64,000 bases of DNA from a virus. A model generated the notes under the pieces. The model was not told the DNA's origin, did no database searches, and saw nothing but the letters and a program-made list of their open reading frames with translations. Shown here piece by piece: positions 19,114 through 29,687 of the stretch. The stretch lies in the IMG/VR virus record IMGVR_UViG_3300017917_004390, positions 1 to 64,000 of that record, one strand, 5' to 3'. The translations under genes and the position numbers were made by a program. Every line of letters begins with the position of its first letter. Position 1 is the stretch's first letter.

Positions 19114-19800
19114 TTAATTTAAAATTGTAATATTATTTAATCCGATACTATTAAGACAATCAGGATATTGCCTAACATAATTATGTGAAAATATTTTAGG
19201 TTTTGGTAATCTATAAGAATTAACTAATTCTTTAAAAGATGATTGCATCATATGAATTTCTTCCGCATTTTCAATGATTTTCATAAAATCAAAAACACTA
19301 TATTTCATATCATTTTCAATAATTTTATATTCAGTTGGTAATCTACTTCTATCAATTGAATAACCTCTACTACTATCGTCGTGTACAAATATGTACTTTT
19401 CATTGTTAGGGTTTAACTCGTTGTATACATTTTCCTCCCTTTGAAAATCTCTTTCTATATAAAATTCATTAAACCTAACAACAAAACTAATACCAGCTAT
19501 TTTATAAAATGCTTCATCAAAAGTAAATTTAGGCATATATGAATCTAAATGATTAAATCCTATCTTATGAACTAAAACATTATGTGTTGTTATAAAATTA
19601 TCAATTTCAGCATCACTACTCATAGGTTTTAGTTCAAATCTATTTAAGTCTCTATACATAAATTTAAGATTTTCAAGATTATGAGCATAGCAAAACAAAA
19701 TAATGTTATTATCACAATTTTTGTGTATATGCCTTACTAATCCATTGCAAATAATATGGTCACCTAAACCAAGGTGATGGTATATATATCTATTGTTCAT
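19114..19800 (-). CDS. Putative GT-B glycosyltransferase (GLGD motif)
   Basis: 'HHLGLGDHII', 'YIFVHD', 'IENAEEIHMMQSSF', resembling GT9/fucosyltransferase-like folds. Confidence 0.55.
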   Translation of the reverse strand: MNNRYIYHHLGLGDHIICNGLVRHIHKNCDNNIILFCYAHNLENLKFMYRDLNRFELKPMSSDAEIDNFITTHNVLVHKIGFNHLDSYMPKFTFDEAFYKIAGISFVVRFNEFYIERDFQREENVYNELNPNNEKYIFVHDDSSRGYSIDRSRLPTEYKIIENDMKYSVFDFMKIIENAEEIHMMQSSFKELVNSYRLPKPKIFSHNYVRQYPDCLNSIGLNNITILN

Positions 19801-20482
19801 ATCTTTCTATTATTGTTTCTCTTTGACCAGTAAATGTTGTATCATTTTCACTTATACACTCACCAATGAAAGCAAAATTATCTATTTTTCGGTCTCTTTT
19901 TATTTTTTCTCCAATTTTCTCATAATTATAATATTCATCATGTAAAAATAAATCTTTTATTGCCATAGGATATATAACATCTTTTAAAAAACATTGGTCA
20001 AATGATTTATCATTTTCTCTATAATTATTAGATAGATATTCGTAAAATAAATCATCATAATTAAGTATTGGTGTACCTTTAACACCCCACATACCTGCAT
20101 TCATTGGCCACCAATGTCCAACAGGGTGGTCTCTTATAATATGAAATGTCTTAGATGATTTAATCCATTCATCAACAGCACATTTATCTCTTTCCGATAA
20201 TCTACTATCAGCATCACGGCAAATTAATATATCAACAAAAGGGTCTGAAATTGGCCAAAATCTCCATGTACTATTTATAAAATTCTTATTTTCACTCATA
20301 TAAATGAGTTTGACGTTTAAATTATTTAGACTATCAATTGTTGTTTGAGGTACGGTATTATTATAATAAACCCACATTTCCCAATCAGGAAATATTTCTT
20401 TTGCTAATTCAGCATTTCTAATAACACCAATATTATATATAGGTTTATCACCATATAGACTAAAACTTATAACCTTTTTCAT
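19790..20482 (-). CDS. Putative GT-A fold glycosyltransferase (ISFSLYG...RDADSR...RDHP...GMWG family)
   Basis: DxD motif in CRDADSR; paralog of 21123-21830. Confidence 0.6.
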   Translation of the reverse strand: MKKVISFSLYGDKPIYNIGVIRNAELAKEIFPDWEMWVYYNNTVPQTTIDSLNNLNVKLIYMSENKNFINSTWRFWPISDPFVDILICRDADSRLSERDKCAVDEWIKSSKTFHIIRDHPVGHWWPMNAGMWGVKGTPILNYDDLFYEYLSNNYRENDKSFDQCFLKDVIYPMAIKDLFLHDEYYNYEKIGEKIKRDRKIDNFAFIGECISENDTTFTGQRETIIERYEQ

Positions 20483-21126
20483 ATCATATAATACGATAAA
20501 TGATTATCTAACCATGTTATTTTATAACCATTTTCAACTAATTCTCTATTAAAAAGTGAATCGGGGAACGGGTGATTAATATTATTCTGAAAGTTTTCTG
20601 TTATAGATTTAATAACAGTTACATGACCGTTTGCGTAGCAAACAATATTATCTTTATCAACAGGATATAAATGATTTGGATTTATTGTGTCAATAATATC
20701 AAGATGTAAATTGATATTTTCTTCTGATTTTAAAAAATCATAAGTATTTAATCTAAAATTTTTAAATGAAGTATTTTCTGAAATATCAAAATTATGTACA
20801 ACAACTTTAGCCCCTTTCAAAAAAGCTTCTCGTAGAAATTCAGTTCTTCTTGGATGCATCAAATCGTCACAATCAAAATAACTAACAATATCAGTATTTA
20901 AATTACTAACCGCAATATTTCTATTTTCAGCACCACCACATTTTCTAGGTGTGGTAATTACCGATATATTTAACCCGTAATCATTTTTAATTTTATAATC
21001 TTCTACCTCAGATATTGAAACGGATATTTCATCAGGTATGATAGTTTGTTTTGATATATTTTCAAATAATTTATCAAGATGATGTAAATGATTAATATAA
21101 CAAGGTATTGCTAAACCAAAAGTCAT
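20479..21126 (-). CDS. GT2-like glycosyltransferase
   Basis: 'AIPCY', 'GAENRN', 'YFDCDD'. Confidence 0.75.
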   Translation of the reverse strand: MTFGLAIPCYINHLHHLDKLFENISKQTIIPDEISVSISEVEDYKIKNDYGLNISVITTPRKCGGAENRNIAVSNLNTDIVSYFDCDDLMHPRRTEFLREAFLKGAKVVVHNFDISENTSFKNFRLNTYDFLKSEENINLHLDIIDTINPNHLYPVDKDNIVCYANGHVTVIKSITENFQNNINHPFPDSLFNRELVENGYKITWLDNHLSYYMI

Positions 21127-21830
21127 AATTGTCTGTAATGTTCTCCTCTAATATTATTTTCATCAAATATCTCACCAATAAAATGAGAATTAACTCTTTC
21201 TATAGTAAAATCCTTAGCCCAAAATTCATCCCTAAAATATGAAGCATTAATATAACTATTATGAGAATATTTATCATAAATAACATCTCGTAAAAAATTC
21301 ATATCCCACCATTTTTCATACCAAGATGTATTAGAGTTGTATGAATGATTTTTGTTATATATAACACAAGACTCTAACATATTAAAATCTTTTTGAGACC
21401 TCATACCCCACATACCACCTAAAATTTTATAATGATGATGTGGATGGTCTCTCATTATGTGTAATATCTTATTCGAATCAATCCATTCATTTACAGATTG
21501 AACTTCTCTTGATGTTATTCTTGAATCTATATCTCTTGATATAAATAATTCAACATCTTCATCATCATTAGGTAAAAATCTCCATTGCATTGCAGCAATA
21601 TCAAGATTATCAACAAGTTTCCATTCAAATTTATCGTAATCAATATTTATTTTACTAATGTCAAGGTCTTTATTATGATAAACATAAATCCACCAATCAG
21701 GATATAAAGTTTTTATTAAATCAATATTTTGTTTAAAACCATTAAAATATTTAATAAAACTTGTTAAATTTTCTTCTTCCCAAGTGTTTGGTGCTTTATA
21801 TAATGTAAAAGCTATAACTTTTTTTTTCAT
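21123..21830 (-). CDS. Putative GT-A fold glycosyltransferase, paralog of 19790-20482
   Basis: 'MQWRFLP', 'SRDIDSR', 'MRDHP', 'GGMWG'. Confidence 0.6.
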   Translation of the reverse strand: MKKKVIAFTLYKAPNTWEEENLTSFIKYFNGFKQNIDLIKTLYPDWWIYVYHNKDLDISKINIDYDKFEWKLVDNLDIAAMQWRFLPNDDEDVELFISRDIDSRITSREVQSVNEWIDSNKILHIMRDHPHHHYKILGGMWGMRSQKDFNMLESCVIYNKNHSYNSNTSWYEKWWDMNFLRDVIYDKYSHNSYINASYFRDEFWAKDFTIERVNSHFIGEIFDENNIRGEHYRQL

Positions 21831-22534
21831 AGGTATTCTAAGTTATCAGGTAATATTTTATTTTTATATTTTTCACGATTAATAATATAATAATTTTCTC
21901 CTTCAGAATCATGAAAAGCTTTTTTTTCAGTATTTAATGAACATACTTTAATATTCGGCAAATCTTTTATTTTATAACCAAAAATAAAAGCTCTATAAGC
22001 CATATCAGAATCACAATAATAATATTGGTAATCAGAATTATATAAACCTATTTCTTTAAAAATCTTTTTATTATAAATACCATAATTAACACAAATATCT
22101 TGTCCACCGTTTTTAGTATTATTTGCTAAACACCAACCATCAGTATATATAGAACCTTTTAACCAATTTTCATCATTCATATCTTTTTTATAACCATATT
22201 TCCAATTAAAAATATAAACATCAGATTCATCTATTTCAGATATAACTTCATTCCATTTATTAACTAATAAAACATCATCATTCCATTGGCAAATCCAATC
22301 ATATTTAGCTTCTCTAATTCCTAAATTCATAAAATGAGGGTACGAACTTCTACCACCAACTTCTATTAATTTAAAATTAGGATGTTTAACATTTTTAAGG
22401 AAATTAATACTACCATCAGTTGAACCACCATCTACTAATATTAATTCTACTTTATCGGAGGCATATATTGTGTTAGCTAATAAATCAGGTAATAGCTCTA
22501 TTCTATTTAATGTTCCACTTACAATACTTATCAT
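21827..22534 (-). CDS. GT2 glycosyltransferase
   Basis: 'LILVDGGSTDGS', 'NLGI', 'WNDD', 'YYCDSD'. Confidence 0.85.
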   Translation of the reverse strand: MISIVSGTLNRIELLPDLLANTIYASDKVELILVDGGSTDGSINFLKNVKHPNFKLIEVGGRSSYPHFMNLGIREAKYDWICQWNDDVLLVNKWNEVISEIDESDVYIFNWKYGYKKDMNDENWLKGSIYTDGWCLANNTKNGGQDICVNYGIYNKKIFKEIGLYNSDYQYYYCDSDMAYRAFIFGYKIKDLPNIKVCSLNTEKKAFHDSEGENYYIINREKYKNKILPDNLEYL

Positions 22535-23325
22535 AATGTTATTTTTTGGTATATTATATCTTCTAAAATTTTATAATTTTGAACTAAATTAAAGTTCTTT
22601 TTAATAGCATCTATTTTACTATTATACAATTCTTTATTTAATGATTTAAAATCAAAATCATCTGTTAATTTTATAATTCCATTCTCATCAAAAAATTCAT
22701 TTATATTATCACAACCTTTATAAATTGGTATAGTACCTGTTGCAAAACAATCTAAAATTTTTTCAGTAAAATAATTATCATAAAAGCTGTTTTCGATAAC
22801 AATTGAAAACATATAATGATTTAAAGCTATTTCTTTTTTTTGTATAGGTTTATAACCAAATCCAAATAAATCAAATTTATTTGGATTATTTCTTATAAAT
22901 TGATTTCTAAATCTATGTCCAGTTGTTAAATTTTTATTTGATGCTACCATAGAAATTAATTTATTTTTTTCATGTATAAAAGGGGTTTCAATCCAAAAAC
23001 TATTAGCAGGTATAAAACAAAAATTTAATCCTTTATCCAAAAGTTTTTTATTATGTGTGAATATTTTAGTATAAGAACAACTTAACAATTCAAATTCTTC
23101 AACAAAAAAATCAATATTGAAAATTTCTTCGCTTTCAAAAATCCAAGCATATTTTTTGTCTGGTGATTTTCCTAGATTATTATAAATTGAATTATCAATA
23201 AACATTTCAATATCTGAATTATTTTTTGTCCATATAAAATTTTTAGATTTGTAATTGTTTATATTAACACATTCTTGATGTTGGAAACCTCCGCCAATCA
23301 TTTTACATTGTAAAATTTTATCCAT
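22531..23325 (-). CDS. GT10 alpha-1,3-fucosyltransferase-like protein
   Basis: GT10 motif 'YMFSIVIENS...YFTEKI.DCF..GTIPIY.G'. Confidence 0.85.
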   Translation of the reverse strand: MDKILQCKMIGGGFQHQECVNINNYKSKNFIWTKNNSDIEMFIDNSIYNNLGKSPDKKYAWIFESEEIFNIDFFVEEFELLSCSYTKIFTHNKKLLDKGLNFCFIPANSFWIETPFIHEKNKLISMVASNKNLTTGHRFRNQFIRNNPNKFDLFGFGYKPIQKKEIALNHYMFSIVIENSFYDNYFTEKILDCFATGTIPIYKGCDNINEFFDENGIIKLTDDFDFKSLNKELYNSKIDAIKKNFNLVQNYKILEDIIYQKITL

Positions 23326-24007
23326 ATTTTATTATAAAATTAATATTATCAATATTTTCATATTTTATATAATTTATATTATTAATATGATTGAATTCAT
23401 TGTTATTATAATAATATAATTCATATCCATATGAATTAATATAACTTATTATATCAATTAAATTAATATTAGCATCTTTTGTTGTGTTACCATATTCAAT
23501 TTGAATATAACTTATTTTTTTTTCTTTTAAAAGTTTATTAGCACCTTTTAAAACTTTATATTCAGCACCTTCGACATCAATTTTTAAAAAATCAATATGA
23601 TTAATTTTTTCTTTTAAACAATAGTCATCCAAAGTTTGAGTTTTTACTTTATATTGTTTATATTCCCATTTTAATTCATCAAAAATATTTCGTTTAATTA
23701 TTGATGAACAACCATCTGTTATAGGGTCAACTAATTCAAAAAAATCAATTTCGTCATTAGTATCAGATATAGCAAAATTATTTAATTTTAGTTGTTGATA
23801 TTCTTCGTATTTATCAACTAAATCATCATATAAAGATTTAATAGGTTCAAAACAATGTGCCGTAATATTATTTTTACCTCTGTAAAATTCATCAATATAT
23901 AAACCTCTATTACACCCAACATCAATAAAAAATATTTCACTTTTTATTTGTTTTATATATTTTATAAAATTAATTTCGTTAATGTCTAGTTTATGATTTA
24001 TAGCCAC
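23318..24007 (-). CDS. FkbM-family SAM-dependent methyltransferase
   Basis: 'IDVGCNRG', 'FEP', 'TLDDY', 'LKIDVEGAE..VLKG'. Confidence 0.9.
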   Translation of the reverse strand: MAINHKLDINEINFIKYIKQIKSEIFFIDVGCNRGLYIDEFYRGKNNITAHCFEPIKSLYDDLVDKYEEYQQLKLNNFAISDTNDEIDFFELVDPITDGCSSIIKRNIFDELKWEYKQYKVKTQTLDDYCLKEKINHIDFLKIDVEGAEYKVLKGANKLLKEKKISYIQIEYGNTTKDANINLIDIISYINSYGYELYYYNNNEFNHINNINYIKYENIDNINFIIKYG

Positions 24008-24728
24008 GTTGTTTAAAAGGTGTTTTATTTGATATTATTCTATGACAATCCCATTGTAATTGTTGATTTTTTACGTGGTCAGAGATTGGATTAGAGAAAT
24101 TATACAAATATAATATATTATCATTATATTTAACATTTTCAAATCCGGCTATTTCAAGTATTGGATACATAACAGCAACATCACCAGCCATCATAAGAAA
24201 ATTTCCCTTTTCATCTTTATAACAATCAAAATTAGGGTCTTGATTAATCATTTCAATAAAAAGTTCATATTTAAATGACCTTAAATGTGAGCATATAAAC
24301 GGACCTTTTCTAAGGTTTTTAAATTCTTCCTTAGTATAAGCTCTAGCAAAACCTTTTTTACCATTAGTCCACATAGACTGACCATAAGAAACTAAACAAG
24401 AAGTTTCTTGATAAAATTGGTCTAATTTTAAAAGTGATTTACTATTATAAAGAGCATCATCACCATCTAATACTATGATAATATCTTCAGCTTTAGCATA
24501 TTTTGGTAAATAAGTAGCAAAATTATAAAGAAGACCTTTGTTTTGTTCATTTCTAATTTTAATAAAGCGTTCATCATCATCAATCAAATCTAAACTACCA
24601 TCAGTAGATGCGTCATCAACAAATAAAACACGATAATTTTGATAATCTTGTGATAAAATCGAACCAACACATCTTTCAATAAATTCGCTGGCATTATAAA
24701 AACAACTAATTATTAAAAAACTATTCAT
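23991..24728 (-). CDS. GT2 glycosyltransferase
   Basis: 'YNASEFI..C..SI..Q.Y', 'VDDASTDGS', 'LDGDD'. Confidence 0.9.
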   Translation of the reverse strand: MNSFLIISCFYNASEFIERCVGSILSQDYQNYRVLFVDDASTDGSLDLIDDDERFIKIRNEQNKGLLYNFATYLPKYAKAEDIIIVLDGDDALYNSKSLLKLDQFYQETSCLVSYGQSMWTNGKKGFARAYTKEEFKNLRKGPFICSHLRSFKYELFIEMINQDPNFDCYKDEKGNFLMMAGDVAVMYPILEIAGFENVKYNDNILYLYNFSNPISDHVKNQQLQWDCHRIISNKTPFKQRGYKS

Positions 24729-25545
24729 TTACTTTAAAATATAGTTTAAATTCTTGATGTGGTCCTATAACATTACTAAAATCAATATTATCAAGGTCAA
24801 TTATAAAATTTTCATCTAAATATAAATCATTTAAAATATCAGGTTGATAATTATGTACAGTTCCACTTATGTTATTAAATGTTGTTTGTACTCTATTAAT
24901 TGGGTTATTAACTAAACGACTATGTTTATGAGAACCTATCATTACATTTTTATTATTTGGTAATAAAGCTTCAAAAATATTAGGGTTAGTTATAGTATTT
25001 TCGATATTTTTTAATATATCATTAATATGGGTGGTTTTAAATATATGACCGTCTAATGAATATGGGTAAGCATAATCATTTGTTGATGTTTTTGTATTCC
25101 ATATAATATAATCATCTTCATATTTATTATATTTAATAAGTTTATTTTCTACTTTTTGTGTATAACACCAAATAGTATTTAAACCTAATCTAAGACTAAA
25201 AGTTGTTAAATCATTATCATCAAAAATACTATCTAATAAACCTTCTGTTAAAATAGTTTGTTTATATAAAATATCATCATCAACTAAATACATAATGTAT
25301 TTATATTTTGAATCTGTTAAATACCTTAATTGCGTATTAAAATCTACTTCATTAATAAAATTAATATTCTTAATATTTTTAAATGAAGATATTAATTTAA
25401 TATATGATAATTTAATATCTTCAGATGTATATTTATACAAAACATTTATATTAAAATGTTCAATATTTAAGTTTTCGTGTAGACTTTCAAGTAATAGATG
25501 TAGTTGTAAAGGTCTATCTTTTGAAAAGATTATAGTGTTAATCAT
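24721..25545 (-). CDS. Putative GT-A glycosyltransferase
   Basis: 'IIFSKDRPLQL', 'YLVDDD', 'YPYSLDGH'; operon context. Confidence 0.6.
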   Translation of the reverse strand: MINTIIFSKDRPLQLHLLLESLHENLNIEHFNINVLYKYTSEDIKLSYIKLISSFKNIKNINFINEVDFNTQLRYLTDSKYKYIMYLVDDDILYKQTILTEGLLDSIFDDNDLTTFSLRLGLNTIWCYTQKVENKLIKYNKYEDDYIIWNTKTSTNDYAYPYSLDGHIFKTTHINDILKNIENTITNPNIFEALLPNNKNVMIGSHKHSRLVNNPINRVQTTFNNISGTVHNYQPDILNDLYLDENFIIDLDNIDFSNVIGPHQEFKLYFKVNE

Positions 25546-26501
25546 AATTTTTTAAATATATCTAATATACTATTTATTTCATTTTCTTCACTATACCTAC
25601 TAACAGTTTCATCATAAAATAGAAATAAATATTCTTCATCAATTTCTTCATCCATATAACGATTAACTAAGTCGTTTAATTGTTGAGCTAGTGCAACGTA
25701 ATCTCCATTTTCAACAAAAAAATCGACATAACGCCCTGCATATTCATATTTATTACCAATATTAATAAAACCTATAACGTGTGTATGACAAGCCATAGCT
25801 TCAAGTGGTAAAGTACCAAATCCAGCTATTTCATCTGTATAAAGACAAAACGTTGCTTTACCTAATTCTTTAGCAAATTCAGTTCTGGAAAGACCTTTAA
25901 CGTGTTTAAATTGAATATTTTTGTAAGGTGATAATACTTTAAAAAGTTTAATAGCTGAATTAACTTTCATTTCATTTTCTGGTCCTCTTGAAACTGAATA
26001 AAGAACTGTTAATTCCTTTTCTAAAGGCTTAAATATGGGCGATATAGACTGTCTATAATTGTAGATAGTAATATTAGGGTCAAATAGTTTTATATACTTT
26101 GTGATACCCTCTGAAACACTTATAACAGTATTTACACCATAATCACTCCATTTGGCACCATCTTTCATGGATGTTAAGATATAAATCCAACTTTGGGCTA
26201 AAATAACTTTCTTACATTTAACATATTTTAACTCCTCAGCTAAGGAACCAAAACCTTCTGGAATAACAAATATGTCATTTGGTTGAATAGTTGTTAAGAT
26301 ATTTTGTGTTAAGATTTTTTTAGGTAAATGTTGAATACTAAATTCCATCCAAGTAGGATTAAAATCAGCTTCATTTGGTTGTTTATTGTACAATAAAACA
26401 ACCTCATAACCATTATCACTAAGTATCTTAGCTTGTTTTAGTAAAACGCCCATACCTCCACTAGGGAGGTTCATGTTTGGGCAATAATAATATACTTTCA
26501 T
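25542..26501 (-). CDS. GT-B glycosyltransferase (GT4-like)
   Basis: 'PSGG', 'FVIPE', 'AGFGTLPLEAMAC'. Confidence 0.8.
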   Translation of the reverse strand: MKVYYYCPNMNLPSGGMGVLLKQAKILSDNGYEVVLLYNKQPNEADFNPTWMEFSIQHLPKKILTQNILTTIQPNDIFVIPEGFGSLAEELKYVKCKKVILAQSWIYILTSMKDGAKWSDYGVNTVISVSEGITKYIKLFDPNITIYNYRQSISPIFKPLEKELTVLYSVSRGPENEMKVNSAIKLFKVLSPYKNIQFKHVKGLSRTEFAKELGKATFCLYTDEIAGFGTLPLEAMACHTHVIGFINIGNKYEYAGRYVDFFVENGDYVALAQQLNDLVNRYMDEEIDEEYLFLFYDETVSRYSEENEINSILDIFKKL

Positions 26502-27979
26502 TAAACTGCTGCGGCTATTGTTTCTCTTCTACTATTATTTGTTCTTTTAACAAAAGGTGTATTTTGTTGATAAGTTTTTTGATGTAATTCTTCTTCGGTT
26601 TTAGCGATAACCTTATCAAGGGTTTCATCTGACAAGTTCTTATCAAAAACATCGTTAGTATCTGATAAATCAACAGTCATTGTTTCCATATCAAATCTAG
26701 CACCATTGAAAATATGTCCTGATTTGGCGTAGTTACATTTCATAATTGAAAAATTTGCTAACCCGCTTTCTCTATCGGTAGCATCTCTACCAATACCGAT
26801 TACTAATTGAGATTTTTTAAGTTTAGCTACTGAACCACCACAATCTTGAAACTCTAATACTTTTTTATCATTAGAGGTTTTTTGTGCTTGGGTAGCAGTC
26901 CAACCTACAATATCAAGTTCAACAACAAGACTATGTAAAGCTTTCATTACATCAACCTGAGCATTCCAGATGTCATTATTATTTCGTTTATGTGATTCCA
27001 TTTCATCAACATAGTCAATAACAATCATATCAAATTTAAAACCGTAACTATTTTGTAGTTTTTCGATTTTATTTTTAAGTTTAGGCACTGTAAAACCTTC
27101 TGATGCAAATCGTTTAATAATTAACGCACCATTTTTCTTATCGACCTTTTCTTTATATTGAGCAACAAGTTTTTTAACTTCAGCTTTACGAGTTTTAAAT
27201 TCTTTACTTGGAATTTTACTCCATTTAATCATATTAAGTCTTTGAATATCACGAACTTCGTTTTCATCAAAAATAATATGAAGTACCTTTTTACCTTGGT
27301 CATAAGCACTACTAGCAATATAAGCTAATAAACTACTTTTACCAACACCTTGACCTGCAACGATTAAACCTAATTTTCCTTTTGGAACACCACCAATGAT
27401 ATCATCGATTTTCTTAATACCAGTTAGGATTGGGTCTTTTAGTTTATTTTCATAAACATCATCATCAATATCAAATACATTAACCCCTAAATCTTCATCT
27501 TCACCAATACTAATGATTTTTCTTAAATCATCTTGTAAATCATGTATTTTTTCAAGATTACCTGTAGAGATGATTTCATCAAACTTATTTTCTTTAAGAT
27601 TACTTAATTTTCTAGTTTGAATAAATTTAGTTACAGAAGATTTAACAAAATCTAAATCATTGTTTAATTCATTATTTTTAATTTTATTATTTTTAATAAA
27701 AATGTTCATTAATTTACTAATACACAGTTCTTTTTGTGCATCTGTTAATGTGTCAGAAGATTTAATAATTGCTTTTAAATTACTAATATCAGGTGTTTTT
27801 TTATACTGTTCACAATATTGTTTAATCTTAAAAAATAAGATTCTTAATATTTCATCTGAAAAAATATTAGTATCTAATTCTAATATTAGGTCAGATTTAA
27901 ACTCGGTTGAATATAATATTTGATGAATAAAATTGAATTGAAATTCACTTACATCAAATAATTTATTAATTTCAGACAT
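26501..27979 (-). CDS. Replicative DNA helicase, DnaB/T4 gp41-like
   Basis: Walker A 'AGQGVGKS', 'IVIDYVD', 'WTATQ'. Confidence 0.9.
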   Translation of the reverse strand: MSEINKLFDVSEFQFNFIHQILYSTEFKSDLILELDTNIFSDEILRILFFKIKQYCEQYKKTPDISNLKAIIKSSDTLTDAQKELCISKLMNIFIKNNKIKNNELNNDLDFVKSSVTKFIQTRKLSNLKENKFDEIISTGNLEKIHDLQDDLRKIISIGEDEDLGVNVFDIDDDVYENKLKDPILTGIKKIDDIIGGVPKGKLGLIVAGQGVGKSSLLAYIASSAYDQGKKVLHIIFDENEVRDIQRLNMIKWSKIPSKEFKTRKAEVKKLVAQYKEKVDKKNGALIIKRFASEGFTVPKLKNKIEKLQNSYGFKFDMIVIDYVDEMESHKRNNNDIWNAQVDVMKALHSLVVELDIVGWTATQAQKTSNDKKVLEFQDCGGSVAKLKKSQLVIGIGRDATDRESGLANFSIMKCNYAKSGHIFNGARFDMETMTVDLSDTNDVFDKNLSDETLDKVIAKTEEELHQKTYQQNTPFVKRTNNSRRETIAAAV

Positions 27980-27982
27980 AAA

Positions 27983-28588
27983 TTATTTTAATAGTTTTGA
28001 TTTTTCTTCTTCGGATAAATTTCTAATGTCTTTGATTGAAAGGGAATGTTTATCAATTAATTCCTTTTCTGAAAAAATTTGGTTAATATCATTGTTTCTA
28101 AGTAAATTTTCAATAGATAAAACCATGTCATTATTATTACAAAGAAATTCATAACTATTAAAAGCCTCTGGATTTAAATTATTAACAACAGTTTCACGTT
28201 CAATAACGATATTATTGTTATTATAAATAACCATTTTAACAATATTTTCTTCTTTATTGTTAGATTTTTTGGTTATCTTATCATTTAAATATGAAAATCT
28301 TTCTGTTGTTTTTTTGTATTTTGGATTTAGCGGGTATCCAAGATATTCAAATGTAAGATTTTTACTTACAGTCGTAAGTGTTGTTTTAATTACATCACGA
28401 TATGTATGATATAATGTTTTTAGATTTAAATTATTACGTGTATTTTGATTATATGCTAAAGAATCAAAGATTCTTTCATATAAAACATGGTCTTTATATT
28501 TAACAAGAAATTTAAAGGGTGTTTTCAAGTCTCTTGTATTAATATAAGAGCTAGGATTTTCAGTTTCTAATACTAATGTATCGTTCAT
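27983..28588 (-). CDS. Hypothetical protein
   Basis: 201-aa ORF in the replication cluster; apparent internal duplication (ERIFD / ERETV). Confidence 0.6.
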   Translation of the reverse strand: MNDTLVLETENPSSYINTRDLKTPFKFLVKYKDHVLYERIFDSLAYNQNTRNNLNLKTLYHTYRDVIKTTLTTVSKNLTFEYLGYPLNPKYKKTTERFSYLNDKITKKSNNKEENIVKMVIYNNNNIVIERETVVNNLNPEAFNSYEFLCNNNDMVLSIENLLRNNDINQIFSEKELIDKHSLSIKDIRNLSEEEKSKLLK

Positions 28589-28631
28589 TTATTTAATTTT
28601 AGTTAGTTAAACATTCTTTTACTAATATAAC

Positions 28632-29687
28632 CTATTTTTTTGGATTCTCTACTAAAATATGTGTAAAAAATGGTCGTACAAATTCTGTAAATCCTCCAGT
28701 ATTCAAATAATGTTTGAAAAATTCATCCTCATTCATTAATTTAATTAAATTTTTACTACCCCTACCTTCAGGGTCTAATTTTGTTTGAGTATACATCTCA
28801 ATTAATTCTTCTGTATCATCCTCTACTATAGGATTTAATAGGTTGACAATAGATTTATTCCTTTCATAACCTTCAATACCTAATTTTTTATTATCAAATA
28901 CACCATCTACTATGTTTTCTAATACTTTATAAGGTTTTTTCTTATTTTTTACACGTTCTTCATTAATACTTTTAGCTTTATCAATTACATATTGATAATC
29001 AATGGTTGTAGTTTTAAATTCAGGAAAATATTTATATAATGTTTCATCACCTAAGCCAGTTATACCGGGTATTTCATCTGAATTATCACCTAATAATATT
29101 TTATAAAGCGTAGAATTAGTATAATGATACTTAAATAAAAGATAAAAACTATGTTTATCAATTGTTAAAGGAGGTTCAACTTTAACTAATTTAATATAAA
29201 CATTATCATAGTTAACTAATTGACACATATCTCTATCATTAGTTAATATAATTATTTTTTCTGATTCGTGATAATTCTTACAATATACAGCTATTAAATC
29301 ATCACCTTCAATTTTTGGTTGTTCAAATTGTCTAATAAATAATTCTTCAAGGTATTGTTGTATTCGAATTTTTTGATATAGCTCAGATTCTTTCTCTCTT
29401 TCAAAATATTTAATTTCAGCCTCAGATAGTTCAATTTTTCTATACCAATCTTTATTTTTTCTATTAGATTTATAACCTTCATATAAATCATATTTATATT
29501 TACCAGAATTTTCACCATCCCAAAAAACTACAATTTTGGTTGGTTTAATTTCCTTTGCATATTTTCTTAATTTCATCATAAACATAAAAACAGCGGTTAT
29601 GTCTCTTCCACCAGACATAACCCTATTTTTACTGCTTAAAGAATTTTTAAATAGATAGGAACCGTCTACTACTAAGGTTTTATTCAT
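28632..29687 (-). CDS. 5'-3' exonuclease / flap endonuclease (PolI 5'-nuclease, T4 RNase H-like)
   Basis: 'VVDG', 'WDG', 'YKSNR', 'EGDDLIA', 'DRDMCQL', 'GDNSDEIPGITGLG'. Confidence 0.92.
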   Translation of the reverse strand: MNKTLVVDGSYLFKNSLSSKNRVMSGGRDITAVFMFMMKLRKYAKEIKPTKIVVFWDGENSGKYKYDLYEGYKSNRKNKDWYRKIELSEAEIKYFEREKESELYQKIRIQQYLEELFIRQFEQPKIEGDDLIAVYCKNYHESEKIIILTNDRDMCQLVNYDNVYIKLVKVEPPLTIDKHSFYLLFKYHYTNSTLYKILLGDNSDEIPGITGLGDETLYKYFPEFKTTTIDYQYVIDKAKSINEERVKNKKKPYKVLENIVDGVFDNKKLGIEGYERNKSIVNLLNPIVEDDTEELIEMYTQTKLDPEGRGSKNLIKLMNEDEFFKHYLNTGGFTEFVRPFFTHILVENPKK

